Positions 9,719 through 18,969 are shown, counted from the stretch's first letter. The stretch is DNA of 25,726 bases from an uncultured virus (IMG/VR IMGVR_UViG_2902076858_000006) (IMGVR_UViG_2902076858_000006), one strand, 5' to 3'. Made by a program: numbers and translations. Notes: generated from the sequence alone by a model not told the origin.

Positions 9719-9906
9719 TATTTCTCCTTTTTCGCCTTAATATTTCTTTTCGGTTCAGGTTCAATAACAAGATGTGCTTCTTCCTGTTCTTTGGCATAGC
9801 CTTTTTGAATTAACTCCCGTCCATGTTGCTCTAAGGTATCAATCTGCTCACCTTCAAGCACCACTCGTCCCTCAAAATAAATGGCTCATAAGATGACTAA
9901 TTTCAT
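9718..9906 (-). pseudogene. small post-capsid protein (62 codons) with an in-frame TGA at codon 7
   Basis: Strong RBS GGAGGTGAT-ATG (9906). Reads MKLVIL*AIYFEGRVVLEGEQIDTLEQHGRELIQKGYAKE...KKEK-TAA; this stop overlaps the next ATG. Confidence 0.75.
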
Positions 9907-9916
9907 ATCACCTCCA

Positions 9917-9942
9917 AAGAAAAAGCGGCCATAAAGACCGCC
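9917..9942 (-). terminator. post-capsid intrinsic terminator
   Basis: Minus strand GCGGTC-TTTAT-GGCCGC-TTTTTCTTT directly after the capsid stop. Confidence 0.75.
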
Positions 9943-9951
9943 TTAGTTACA

Positions 9952-11172
9952 TTAATCACTTGACGTTGCTACCGTAAAATCACCGTAAACAAAGGCTTCT
10001 GGGCGTTTGATCGCCAAAGCAAGACGCTCTTCACAACGGATAGAGATCATGTTTTTCTCAAAATCATCGGCGTTTTCCGTTGAAATCACCACATTCGTTT
10101 CTTCGCGATCAAAGAGCTGTGCACCCGCATTAAATGCCCCTGTTAAGAATTTCCCTTTAAACGCGGGGGTTTCTGTTGCCACAACTGGTAATCCCCATAA
10201 AGTCGGCCCTGTTAATGCGGAAGGATTAGCCAAAATATAGCGCCCCAAAGCGTCTTTGGTTAGTTCAATTTTCGCCCAGTCAATAAAGTGTAAAACGTGA
10301 CCAGAAGCAGGGAAACGCGCCAATTGAGCTTGAAGCATGGCAAGCCGTAAATCATCGATACCGTTTTGTTTTTCAACCGTAAAGGAGGCTTTATATTGAG
10401 TGGCTTGTGGGATAATGCCGTGCAAATGAGCCCCAGAGCCATCACCAAATAAAATTTCTTGCTCTTCAACAAACTTCAATCCATAACGCATTTCTGCATC
10501 AATCAACGACTGCAACTGAGAAAAATCATCTAAGATTTGTTTAGACGCTTTAAACATATGAGCAATTGTCGTCACTGGCGTGATTTTGGTCGCAAAGGCA
10601 ATGTCGCTATACGGCTTAGTGGTATTTTCAGGCGCAACCGCCGCCTTGTTGGTAAACCCCGTTTGCTGAACCCAGAAAATGGCAGGAGATTGCGTTTTAC
10701 CTGACGCAATTAAGTCACGAATAAAAAGTCGTTGTTTCGGTGCAACATCGATACCCGACAATCGTTGTGGTTCAACCACGCCTTCGGCAACGCCCGTAGA
10801 TGTTAATGCTGCTTGAACAGGAATTGAAACACGTTTGCCCCCTTGAATGCTGGAATTGATCTCTTTTAATACTTCAGCCGAGATCACTTGTTGACCAACA
10901 CTTTTTACAACCTGCACCGCATTATTGAGTGGCATTTGCGCAACATGTTGTTCTAAATCCCCTAATGCGGCTTTCAGTGTTTTTTCAGATTCGCGTAGCG
11001 CATTTAGCTCGGTTGCCATTTTGTCTACGGCATGTTTCGTTTCTTCACTTAATCCACCCACTTTCTGCGCTTCTTTTAACGCTTCCTCAGCTTTGGCATT
11101 AAAATGTTGGTTGGCTTCTTCAATTTTTGCCGATAGGTTTTTTAATAATTCATTTGTCTCTGACATAGTCAC
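9952..11172 (-). CDS. major capsid protein, HK97 family
   Basis: Coiled-coil delta domain; EQEILFGDGSG..L.GI, TLWGLPVV, FEKNMISIRCEERLAL motifs. Confidence 0.95.
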   Translation of the reverse strand: MTMSETNELLKNLSAKIEEANQHFNAKAEEALKEAQKVGGLSEETKHAVDKMATELNALRESEKTLKAALGDLEQHVAQMPLNNAVQVVKSVGQQVISAEVLKEINSSIQGGKRVSIPVQAALTSTGVAEGVVEPQRLSGIDVAPKQRLFIRDLIASGKTQSPAIFWVQQTGFTNKAAVAPENTTKPYSDIAFATKITPVTTIAHMFKASKQILDDFSQLQSLIDAEMRYGLKFVEEQEILFGDGSGAHLHGIIPQATQYKASFTVEKQNGIDDLRLAMLQAQLARFPASGHVLHFIDWAKIELTKDALGRYILANPSALTGPTLWGLPVVATETPAFKGKFLTGAFNAGAQLFDREETNVVISTENADDFEKNMISIRCEERLALAIKRPEAFVYGDFTVATSSD

Positions 11173-11177
11173 TCCAA

Positions 11178-12029
11178 TTACTTAACGCAGGCAAAGGCGG
11201 TCACCGCCTCCTCCAATTTTGACAGGATTTCAGGATTTATATCGCAGGTAGCGCTTGGCATACCATTAGCTTGGGAAGTAGCGCTCGGCGTACTTCGGGT
11301 TAATGCACTAATTAGTTTTCGTCGTTCAGCACGAGGTGTGTTGGTTTTGGCAAGTAGCGCATCCAGTTTTCGGATCGCGGCTTGGGGACTTTCATCACCT
11401 TCGTCAATCACATCGGCAGAAAGTAGGCTGTCCGCAAATCCCTTTTCTATCGCTTCACTCGCACTGATATATGTTTCGTTATCCATCATCTGACTCACCA
11501 CGTCTCTCGATTGCCCACTGCGTGCAACATAGATATCGGTCATTGAGGCATCAAAAGGGGCGAGATCATGAGCAAGTTTTGCAAAGTCGTGACGATTTCC
11601 TACCCCCATTGCCCAACAGTTATGGATCATTAAAAAGGCACCGCGCCCCATTTTTATTTCATCCCCTGCCATCGCAATAATGGACGCAGCGGAAGCGGCA
11701 ATGCCCAAAATATTGACCGTTACCTTGCCACTGTGAGCACGAAGCAAGTTATAAATTGCCAACCCTTCAAACATATCGCCCCCTGGACTATTGAGGTTAA
11801 CGACAATATCTTGCTCACCAATGGCACGAAGCGCGGCGGAAATCCGTTTAGCGGTGACACCTTCACCCCAATAATCTTCTCCAACGACGTCCAATATCGA
11901 AATCGAGTTATCCGCACTAGATGCCCGAATACGGCTATTCCATTTATCCAGTGCTTTGGGTTTCAACTCATAGCGAATCGATGCGCAGGGGCGATCCTCC
12001 AGCGCGACTGGCAACTGATTTTTTTTCAT
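11178..12029 (-). CDS. head maturation protease, ClpP-like
   Basis: NSPGGDMFEGLAIYN, AASAASIIAMAG, MIHN, ETYISASEA. Confidence 0.93.
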   Translation of the reverse strand: MKKNQLPVALEDRPCASIRYELKPKALDKWNSRIRASSADNSISILDVVGEDYWGEGVTAKRISAALRAIGEQDIVVNLNSPGGDMFEGLAIYNLLRAHSGKVTVNILGIAASAASIIAMAGDEIKMGRGAFLMIHNCWAMGVGNRHDFAKLAHDLAPFDASMTDIYVARSGQSRDVVSQMMDNETYISASEAIEKGFADSLLSADVIDEGDESPQAAIRKLDALLAKTNTPRAERRKLISALTRSTPSATSQANGMPSATCDINPEILSKLEEAVTAFACVK

Positions 12030-12034
12030 AACGA

Positions 12035-13357
12035 TTACTCCTCGGGACGAGGTGGATTGGATTGAGATGGGGTTACAGGCTCACCTTCAGGAAATAACCA
12101 GTTAGTGATCTGTGCTTTGAGCTTTTCAGCTTCACTGTTCGTGATGTCTTTTCCGAGCTGATCCAGTGGCGTTAAATTAAGCTGAACCGTATAAATATCG
12201 CCCCCTTCAATAGGCGGTAAATTCTCTAACCGTCGAACATCATTTCGGCTCATCCAGCCATTTTGTAACGCTGTTGTGTAATAAGCTGAACGTCCTGCAC
12301 TGTCTGCACGTAATAAGCCCTCAACAGAAAATTCCGCATAATAATCATCATCACTGTCGAGTAAACAACGATTAATTTCTTGCTCAATATTGACCAATAA
12401 GGGACGTAGTGTATTAGTCAAAAACTGCATATTCATCCCTTCCACACTGGATGCCCAACTACTTTGCTTATCGGCATGCCCCACCATAAAAGGTGGAACG
12501 CGAAACCAACGGCAAATTTCCTCAATGCTAAATCCGCGACTTTGTAATAATTGGGCAGTTTCAGGGTTCATGGTGACATTTTGATAAGACAAATCCGCTT
12601 CGAGGATCATCACCTTTCCGGCATTTTTTGAGCCGGTAAACGTCATTAAATGCTTTCTTAGGCGTTCTCGTTGATCGGCTTTCAAGGCATTCTTTGACGT
12701 TAATAATCCACTGGTTTGTAACCCATTTTCAAACACTTTTCCGGCCGCTTCATCCGTCGATAACGCTGTACCAATCACATCACGCCCAATCTGGATCGGT
12801 ATCATTCCGCACACACCATCCATACCAAACCCTCGAATATGCATCATATTTTTAACGGGAATAACCCGTTTATTCGATTTAGGCGTGGTATAGGTATATT
12901 CCAACTGCCCATTTTCCAATCGTTTTACCGTCATGTTTTGAGGTAATAACGGTTGAAGTGAAACCAATTTTTTCCCGATATAACATTTTTCAATAAACGC
13001 ATTTCCTCTTAAACATAAGCTGGCAACAACCATCAACATAAAGCGAGAAGGCGTCATTTCTACATTAGGTTTTCGACATAAGACGGTATAAGCGGGATGA
13101 TGTTTCGCCAGTTCGCGCGAGCCATCCGCCTTCGTTTGATAGATTTTCAATGGCAATGTCGAAATAGATTCACTGAGTAACCGAACGCAAGACCATACCG
13201 CAGACAGCTGTAATGCATTATCTGCGGTGACCACCTTGCCACTGCTACTCTTTCCAATCCATTCTTCCCAAAAGGCGCCATCAGTTAAACTAATGGGTAT
13301 CCCCATCCAATTGAGGATCGCCGATTTTATTCGGCTCTTTTTTTTCACGTTACGCAT
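12035..13357 (-). CDS. portal protein, HK97 family
   Basis: ALQLSAVWSCVRLLSE, HIRGF..DG..G, EEICRWFRVPP, GWMSRNDVRRLENLPP. Confidence 0.95.
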   Translation of the reverse strand: MRNVKKKSRIKSAILNWMGIPISLTDGAFWEEWIGKSSSGKVVTADNALQLSAVWSCVRLLSESISTLPLKIYQTKADGSRELAKHHPAYTVLCRKPNVEMTPSRFMLMVVASLCLRGNAFIEKCYIGKKLVSLQPLLPQNMTVKRLENGQLEYTYTTPKSNKRVIPVKNMMHIRGFGMDGVCGMIPIQIGRDVIGTALSTDEAAGKVFENGLQTSGLLTSKNALKADQRERLRKHLMTFTGSKNAGKVMILEADLSYQNVTMNPETAQLLQSRGFSIEEICRWFRVPPFMVGHADKQSSWASSVEGMNMQFLTNTLRPLLVNIEQEINRCLLDSDDDYYAEFSVEGLLRADSAGRSAYYTTALQNGWMSRNDVRRLENLPPIEGGDIYTVQLNLTPLDQLGKDITNSEAEKLKAQITNWLFPEGEPVTPSQSNPPRPEE

Positions 13358-15100
13358 TTAGATCCCCACAATAATTGGGTTATCAAAGAAACCATCAATA
13401 TCCCCTTCATCCTCGAATTCCCCTTCAGAAGCCCCAATCGCCATTGCTGATGCCACCACACCATCAATTCGACCCGTGCTTTTTTTCTTGGCAAAGACGC
13501 GGTTATCTTTTTGGTCAGCCTCAAGCACAGCGGATGCGGCATTCCATCTCAAACAAGGATTGGCGTGGATCTCAATCTTCTTGTCATCAATGAGTTGTTC
13601 AAACAGTTCGATAGAGTGTGGCATCCATAGCCCTGAATCTTTGGCTTTATAAAACCCTTGTCCATGTTGGATTAAGGGAACCGTCACCCCCACCTCATCG
13701 AGTTTGGGTTCAAGGTATTTAATGCGATAAGGGTCAAAGGCAATGGCTCTCATGCTGACGTGCATCGCCATTTCAGCAATACGTTCTGCCACAAATTCAT
13801 ATCTCACCGCATTCCCTGGCGTGGTATGCATAAAACCTTGCCTTACCCATAAGTCGTAAGGCACTCGGTCGGTTTTCGCTCTATCCAATAAGGTGTCTTT
13901 GGGTGTCCAAAATTCAACATAAAGACGTTTGAGGCGAGGAAAATACAGGGCTAATGCGGTTAAATCTTTGGTTCCCGATAAGTCCAATCCTCCATAACAC
14001 TCTTCACCTTGAAGATCATCGAATGTGAATGTATTTTCACACTGCATCCATGTTTCACTGTTAATCCACGGATTATCGGCATCCACCCACTGACAAAAAT
14101 TGAGCCGACGCACAATGCTTTCTTTCGCGGGCATACCTCGGGCTTGAGTCACTTGTTCGCGTAAGTAGCGATCAGAAAAAGTGTAGCCCAATGACGGATT
14201 GGCTTTCCCCCAGCAAGACTCATCCTTAAAGGGATCATCGCCTTCATCCAGTGAGCAAATATAGGAAAAGAAGCTGTCGTCTTCGATAGTGCCTTCGGCG
14301 ACTTTTCGCCCGTATTCATGGTAGTCATAACACACACTGGTTTTATCATGGCCACTGTTGGTGATCATAAATATCAAGGCTTGTCGCCGGCCTTTTGTAC
14401 CCGCTCGCATCATCTCGACAGCGGTATTATTTTTATGCTCATGAATTTCATCTATCAGCGCACAATGGGGACGAGGCCCTGATTGCCCATCATCTGAGCT
14501 AATCGGGCGAAAGAATGAACTTGTTTTCAAATAAGCCAAGTTCCACTCTTTGCCTGTTCCGCCTGATTTGGTGATCCGCTGACTTAATGCGGGAGATTGA
14601 TCAACCATCGCCACCGCATCACGAAACAAAATCATGGCTTGGTCTTTTTTCGTGGCAGCTGCATACACTTCGGCACGCGGTTCACTGTCGGCGACTAAAC
14701 AATACAATCCAACGCCACCCGCCATCGGGGATTTTCCTGAACCTTTGCCTGATTCAACGTACACCATGCGAAACCGGCGTGTACCATCAGTCATTTTCCA
14801 GCCAAAAATGGAGCCAATCACAAAGCATTGCCAAGGCAATAAAATAAACGGTTTTCCTTCATGCTCCCCGCCATTGAGCTTTAAGACTTTCGCGAAAAAG
14901 TCGATCACTCTTTTGACAGCTTCAACATCCCAGACTAATCCCCGTTGCTTGGCTTCGTTTAAATCTTTGAGATGACGCGCACATGCATGGCGAATATCAG
15001 GCCCCGCTAAGATTTTGCCTTGATGCACGTCTTGCGCGTATTGCGTTGCGGGATCAACCGAAATATTGGTTGAGCGGATCTTCCTCTTCTTCTCCACCAT
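13358..15100 (-). CDS. terminase large subunit
   Basis: Walker A GKGSGKS, Walker B LIDEIHEH, nuclease GGLDLS, RIDGVVA. Confidence 0.96.
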   Translation of the reverse strand: MVEKKRKIRSTNISVDPATQYAQDVHQGKILAGPDIRHACARHLKDLNEAKQRGLVWDVEAVKRVIDFFAKVLKLNGGEHEGKPFILLPWQCFVIGSIFGWKMTDGTRRFRMVYVESGKGSGKSPMAGGVGLYCLVADSEPRAEVYAAATKKDQAMILFRDAVAMVDQSPALSQRITKSGGTGKEWNLAYLKTSSFFRPISSDDGQSGPRPHCALIDEIHEHKNNTAVEMMRAGTKGRRQALIFMITNSGHDKTSVCYDYHEYGRKVAEGTIEDDSFFSYICSLDEGDDPFKDESCWGKANPSLGYTFSDRYLREQVTQARGMPAKESIVRRLNFCQWVDADNPWINSETWMQCENTFTFDDLQGEECYGGLDLSGTKDLTALALYFPRLKRLYVEFWTPKDTLLDRAKTDRVPYDLWVRQGFMHTTPGNAVRYEFVAERIAEMAMHVSMRAIAFDPYRIKYLEPKLDEVGVTVPLIQHGQGFYKAKDSGLWMPHSIELFEQLIDDKKIEIHANPCLRWNAASAVLEADQKDNRVFAKKKSTGRIDGVVASAMAIGASEGEFEDEGDIDGFFDNPIIVGI

Positions 15101-15521
15101 CCATCTTCACCTTCGAACGAGCGGCAGGGGTTAAACCAAACTCGACTAAATAACTTTTAAAGCGGCGATCTGCATCAGCCAACATGGCTACGGCAGGATT
15201 CGCTTTAATTAAAAAATCCCCTAGTTGGGTTTTTGTGGTGTATGTCCGACCTTCAATCGCAATGGTGTCTCGCAATTGAAGAATATCGGCGTAGATATCA
15301 CACAGCCGTTCTAATGCCAGCGTGTCAGCCACGGTTAAAACGCCCATTCCATCGAGTAATAAGGTTAATTTTGCCCACGCCATTTTCCCCCAATCCGTTA
15401 AATGTTCGGGCGGGCTTGGAATTTCACGTTTGGGTTGGGGTTCTTTATCGTTGAGTTTTCGTTTTCCCGGATTACCGGTGACCACCTTCAAGTGGGTCGG
15501 TTTCGGGCGTCTTCCTGCCAT
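15054..15521 (-). CDS. terminase small subunit, P27 family
   Basis: MAGRRPKPTHLK..GNPGKR and EFGLTPAARSK; GGAGG RBS. Confidence 0.95.
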   Translation of the reverse strand: MAGRRPKPTHLKVVTGNPGKRKLNDKEPQPKREIPSPPEHLTDWGKMAWAKLTLLLDGMGVLTVADTLALERLCDIYADILQLRDTIAIEGRTYTTKTQLGDFLIKANPAVAMLADADRRFKSYLVEFGLTPAARSKVKMDGGEEEEDPLNQYFG

Positions 15522-15559
15522 CGGAACCTCCCAGAAAAAAACTTTTCATTTCGCGGTTG

Positions 15560-15630
15560 TGCACACAAATGAGGGCGCTAGGTAATCAGCGCGAAAGTAT
15601 CTGAACTTTTACCCCACCCCCACCCTGTAT
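15560..15630 (-). other. probable cos/packaging site region
   Basis: HNH-terS intergenic region with a G-rich run (GGGTGGGGGTGGGG) followed by ...TACCTAGCGCCC...; this is where cos lies in HK97-like phages. Exact ends not determinable here. Confidence 0.45.
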
Positions 15631-15638
15631 TCATTGTG

Positions 15639-15977
15639 TTATTGATGCCAATGAGAATTGGGATCGAGTGGAATGCCATCCGCATTACAGCCAATGACTT
15701 TGCCACTCTTTTCGATACGTTGTTTGGTTGAGTTATGATGCAGTTCGCATAAGCTTTGAAAGTTCTTTGCGTCCCAAAATAAGGCTTGGGCTTTTGCGAT
15801 ACGTTCTTTATCGCCTGATTCAAGTGCTTCTTTAAGGCGATGCGGAATAATGTGGTCAACCACTGTGGCAGCAGTAATGCGTCCTTGCTCTTGGCACATG
15901 ACGCAAAGTGGATGTTCATTAAGAAACGCTAATCGCACCTTTGCCCAGCGACCACCATAGACATTGCGTTTTTTCAT
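15639..15977 (-). CDS. terminase-associated HNH endonuclease (HK97 gp74-like)
   Basis: HPLCVMC...ATVVDHIIPH...NFQSLCELHHN.TKQ immediately upstream of terS. Confidence 0.92.
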   Translation of the reverse strand: MKKRNVYGGRWAKVRLAFLNEHPLCVMCQEQGRITAATVVDHIIPHRLKEALESGDKERIAKAQALFWDAKNFQSLCELHHNSTKQRIEKSGKVIGCNADGIPLDPNSHWHQ

Positions 15978-16003
15978 GTTTTATCCCATTACAAATTTTC
16001 CCC

Positions 16004-16040
16004 AATAAAAAAGCCACCAGCGGTTAACTGATGGCTATTT
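16004..16040 (-). terminator. intrinsic terminator
   Basis: Minus strand AGCCATCAG-TTAACCG-CTGGTGGCT-TTTTTATT. Confidence 0.75.
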
Positions 16041-16173
16041 ATATAAACTCTATCAATGATACTCAATGAATAATATTTGTAGAATTGAATGCAGATAATA
16101 AAAAAACCACTCAGAAGCAGGCTTTATAATTGGTCACTTTACGCCATAAAGAATCCATATCAGACGAACTATT

Positions 16174-16638
16174 TTAACCTTTTTTGTTTAATTGGCTTTC
16201 TACTTTCTCTGAAAGTTCTATATTATCTATTTCAGTTTTAATTTCTTGAATATATTTTTCATTAAATCCACTAAATTTAATAACTCGCTTCGTTACTTTA
16301 CTTCCTTCGCCCGATGTTCCAAAAGTAATACCTTCTTGTTCCGTCTTCAGTCCAACAGAACCTTTGCCGTTAATATCATAATATTCTTCAATTTCGACTT
16401 CTTGAGCACACATAATTCGACGAGCTATTGATAATTCTTGCTCTACTTTTGCTTGAGCAAGAAGTGCTTTAGATTCTATTTCGACTCTTTTTGCTTTTTC
16501 ATTTAACTCATCAATACTAGCGGTTGATTCACTAATCTCACTGCCTGACTTTTCTAAAATTTTACTTATAGCATATCCCGTTGGACTTATTATAAACTTA
16601 AAAGCCTCTAATGCTGTTGATTTTACTGCAATCGCCAT
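16174..16638 (-). CDS. hypothetical AT-rich accessory protein (moron) between Rz and HNH
   Basis: ORF with GAGG RBS before ATG 16638 (MAIAVKS...); central coiled coil; no family recognised. Confidence 0.7.
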   Translation of the reverse strand: MAIAVKSTALEAFKFIISPTGYAISKILEKSGSEISESTASIDELNEKAKRVEIESKALLAQAKVEQELSIARRIMCAQEVEIEEYYDINGKGSVGLKTEQEGITFGTSGEGSKVTKRVIKFSGFNEKYIQEIKTEIDNIELSEKVESQLNKKG

Positions 16639-16787
16639 TGAAAAACCCCTCATTAATAAATTTATATTTATTATATTGTTTCATAAGCTATTTACTAGAT
16701 AATAAACCTTGTTGTTGTTCAATTTCCCGTATTGCTTTCTTTTAATAAATGATTCTATTTTTGAAGCAAGCACATCTTTATCTAAAT

Positions 16788-17249
16788 TCATTGCATACAT
16801 TCCGCTCTAATGTAATCCTGCAACCCTTTAATCATCTGCTCTGACTCTGCAATTCGCTCTCTGAGTAACCAATAATTTCGGATAGCGGTGTCAGTAGGTC
16901 TGGCGGTGGTTGCAGAAGCCAAGCTGGTGGAGGGAGTGGTTTTGCTTTTTGGGCACTCGGCTTTGATGTACACCCGCTCAGGATGATGCTCGCTAATATC
17001 ACGCAAGCGACTAATTTCATTCTTAGCATTCTCTAACTCCTGCGTATATTGAATATCCAGTTGGTTTAACCGCATTATGCGTGCTTGATAATCAGTATTA
17101 ATAGACTTCTGTTCTTCGAGAGCCACGGCCAGTTTTTTGTTGGTATCTATCAGTGAATTAATCCTGTTAGCTTGCCTGTTAATCACCCAATAACTACCCA
17201 CAATGATGCCTACCATCGCGATGGCGGCATAGAGTTTCCCGTATTTCAT
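16788..17249 (-). CDS. Rz i-spanin
   Basis: N-terminal TM, coiled coil, RVYIKAECP, YWLLRERI...GLQDYIRAEC. Confidence 0.92.
   Translation of the reverse strand: MKYGKLYAAIAMVGIIVGSYWVINRQANRINSLIDTNKKLAVALEEQKSINTDYQARIMRLNQLDIQYTQELENAKNEISRLRDISEHHPERVYIKAECPKSKTTPSTSLASATTARPTDTAIRNYWLLRERIAESEQMIKGLQDYIRAECMQ
16832..17020 (-). CDS. Rz1 o-spanin lipoprotein nested in Rz
   Basis: MKLVACVILASIILSGC lipobox followed by Pro-rich PLPPPAWLLQPPPD, in an alternative frame inside Rz. Confidence 0.88.
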   Translation of the reverse strand: MKLVACVILASIILSGCTSKPSAQKAKPLPPPAWLLQPPPDLLTPLSEIIGYSESELQSQSR

Positions 17250-17251
17250 GA

Positions 17252-17410
17252 TTAGTACCGATGATGTGAGAGTGCAATCTGACAGCGTTTTTCTAAACTC
17301 ACTTGGTCTTTAGTACATGAGTTATCAATCAAGAGATAAATGCCACCAGCGACTGTAATGAGTAATGCAAGAATAAAGCTGATAATGATGATTAAAGTTT
17401 TCCATGACAT
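17252..17410 (-). CDS. 52-aa single-pass membrane protein between endolysin and Rz
   Basis: MSWKTLIIIISFILALLITVAGGIYLLIDNSC...C; ATG 17410 overlaps the endolysin 3' end, stop 2 nt before the Rz ATG. Confidence 0.6.
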   Translation of the reverse strand: MSWKTLIIIISFILALLITVAGGIYLLIDNSCTKDQVSLEKRCQIALSHHRY

Positions 17411-17862
17411 AGTGCTGACTCCGCCTCTCGACGACTGACAAGCCCTCGCCAAACCTTTCCGCCTGCATATACCCAACGTTTTATTTCTTCACAGGCACCC
17501 GCTCTATCACCAACATTTAGTTTCTTAAGTAATGTTGAGCGAGCAAATGCTGTCGTTCCTACATTAAAAGCAAAGGAATATAAAGCGGCTTTGGCGTAGT
17601 CATCGAGTGGTACTTTGATTAATGCATCGACTTGCTGTTGTGTCTTAATAAAATCATTTTGTAATAACGCATCACATTCTTGTTGTGTGTATCTCTTACC
17701 TTGAATAATGTCTTTGCCTGTATGCCCATAACAAACCGTTAAAACGCCTGCCACATCACGATAAGGTTCATAACGTACACCTTCAAAATGGGCTATTACT
17801 ACTAACGCGATGGCTGTTGCTCCCGCCGTTGTTAGCGCAGCTATTTTCTGTTTGAGAGACAT
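17392..17862 (-). CDS. SAR endolysin (GH24 lysozyme, R21-like)
   Basis: Ala/Gly-rich N-terminal SAR segment; catalytic E-X8-D-X5-T (FEGVRYEPYRDVAGVLTVCYGHT). Confidence 0.95.
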   Translation of the reverse strand: MSLKQKIAALTTAGATAIALVVIAHFEGVRYEPYRDVAGVLTVCYGHTGKDIIQGKRYTQQECDALLQNDFIKTQQQVDALIKVPLDDYAKAALYSFAFNVGTTAFARSTLLKKLNVGDRAGACEEIKRWVYAGGKVWRGLVSRREAESALCHGKL

Positions 17863-18131
17863 TAAATATCCTTTGGCGCTTTCACCATTAATTCAGCAAG
17901 CCTTTTTAGGGTTTCAGTTGGGTTTTGTGGGTCAACATGTCGAACAAGCTCTTCAAATAATTGAGTGCGTTTTCGTTGTTCTCGACGAGTCATAAAATAA
18001 GTGGCTAAACCGAGAACCATGCTAAACGCCATCCCGATAACAAATCCCCATTCATATAATGAGAGACTGGCAAAAAATGCCGTTAGGCCTGCGGTTCCGT
18101 AAGTCACATTGGTTAATTTATCCATACGCAT
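17862..18131 (-). CDS. holin (class II, pinholin-like) with Met-Arg-Met dual start
   Basis: MRMDKLTNVTYGTAGL...two TMs...basic tail, resembling S21; ATGs at 18131 and 18125; RBS GGGGGTG inside hairpin CACTCC-TCTG-GGGGTG. Confidence 0.88.
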   Translation of the reverse strand: MRMDKLTNVTYGTAGLTAFFASLSLYEWGFVIGMAFSMVLGLATYFMTRREQRKRTQLFEELVRHVDPQNPTETLKRLAELMVKAPKDI

Positions 18132-18170
18132 AGTCACCCCCAGAGGAGTGTCCGAATTTAGTTACAGGAA

Positions 18171-18228
18171 TGCAGACACACAGCTTTTGTGTAAAGTAAT
18201 TAGGGTGTGATTAGTACTGTGGTCTGCG
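18171..18228 (-). repeat. structured element, copy 1 (upstream of holin)
   Basis: Minus strand GCAGACCACAG...CACAAAAGCTGTGTGTCTGC; homologous to 18970-19027 and 22732-22789. Confidence 0.7.
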
Positions 18229-18282
18229 TATTAGGAAAGAATAATACTTGCAAAGTCTAAATAGCCCTTGCAGGTCAATTTA

Positions 18283-18507
18283 TTAAAGTGGCGATATCCG
18301 GTAAATAGTAGAACCATTAACTTTTTTTATTTCAATGAGATTATTAGAAATAGCCATTAATGTGGCATTATTAATAGTCTCTAATTCACAGCTCGTTAAT
18401 TGCATGCTAGCGAGCTGTTTTTGTAACTCAGCAATTTGCTTGCCTTGCTGAGTAACTTGTCGCATTAAGGTGCTCATTGTCATTTTTAATTGTTCATCAC
18501 ACATCAT
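18283..18507 (-). CDS. hypothetical 74-aa coiled-coil protein
   Basis: AAGGAGAG RBS; heptad-like QQGKQIAELQKQLA. Confidence 0.65.
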   Translation of the reverse strand: MMCDEQLKMTMSTLMRQVTQQGKQIAELQKQLASMQLTSCELETINNATLMAISNNLIEIKKVNGSTIYRISPL

Positions 18508-18522
18508 TCTCTCCTTATTCGC

Positions 18523-18939
18523 TTATTTGGATAAATTAAGTGCTTTTAATAAACCTTCAGGCAACTGCTCTTCCAGTGACGCATTAGAAACAATCACAAG
18601 ACCATACATAGATATCCATGTATTCGTTTGTTGTAAGTGTCCTTGAATAAATTGCTTTGCTTTCTCTAACAAATAAATACAACTCTCTTGTGTGTTTTTA
18701 CGCCAATAGGATTCAATCGCCACCAGCAATGGGTCACCGGCATCACTAATTTTTTGCAAACCGATTCGATATTGCTTTTTACCTGCGGGAGACGTTGTAC
18801 AAATTAATTGTGTCAGTTGTTGAGTTTCACCATCAGCCGTATGGATATTCACCGTTAAAATGATAGAGGTATTCATTTCACTGTCTGTTTCTGATGCATA
18901 GTGAAGACTAAGCTGTAATTCGCTTATCTCTTTTGACAT
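18523..18939 (-). CDS. hypothetical 138-aa protein
   Basis: Clean ORF starting just downstream of structured element copy 2; no family recognised. Confidence 0.7.
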   Translation of the reverse strand: MSKEISELQLSLHYASETDSEMNTSIILTVNIHTADGETQQLTQLICTTSPAGKKQYRIGLQKISDAGDPLLVAIESYWRKNTQESCIYLLEKAKQFIQGHLQQTNTWISMYGLVIVSNASLEEQLPEGLLKALNLSK

Positions 18940-18969
18940 AACATTTACCGATTTATTTAGTTAATAAGG

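Noticed and set aside
469..15585. Numerous plus-strand ORFs (469, 1042, 2234, 2968, 3537, 3601, 6908, 7029, 7610, 7687, 7939, 8555, 10007, 10925, 11471, 11733, 12390, 13375, 14587, 14634, 15233, 15322)
   Set aside because: Antisense shadows of well-supported minus-strand phage genes, with no recognisable motifs.
1947..15919. Alternative-frame minus-strand ORFs (1947-2285, 6194-6409, 9083-9289, 10260-10472, 11720-11917, 13345-13542, 14149-14355, 15578-15919)
   Set aside because: Overlap conserved genes out of frame and have no signature; unlike Rz1, none has a lipobox or known precedent.
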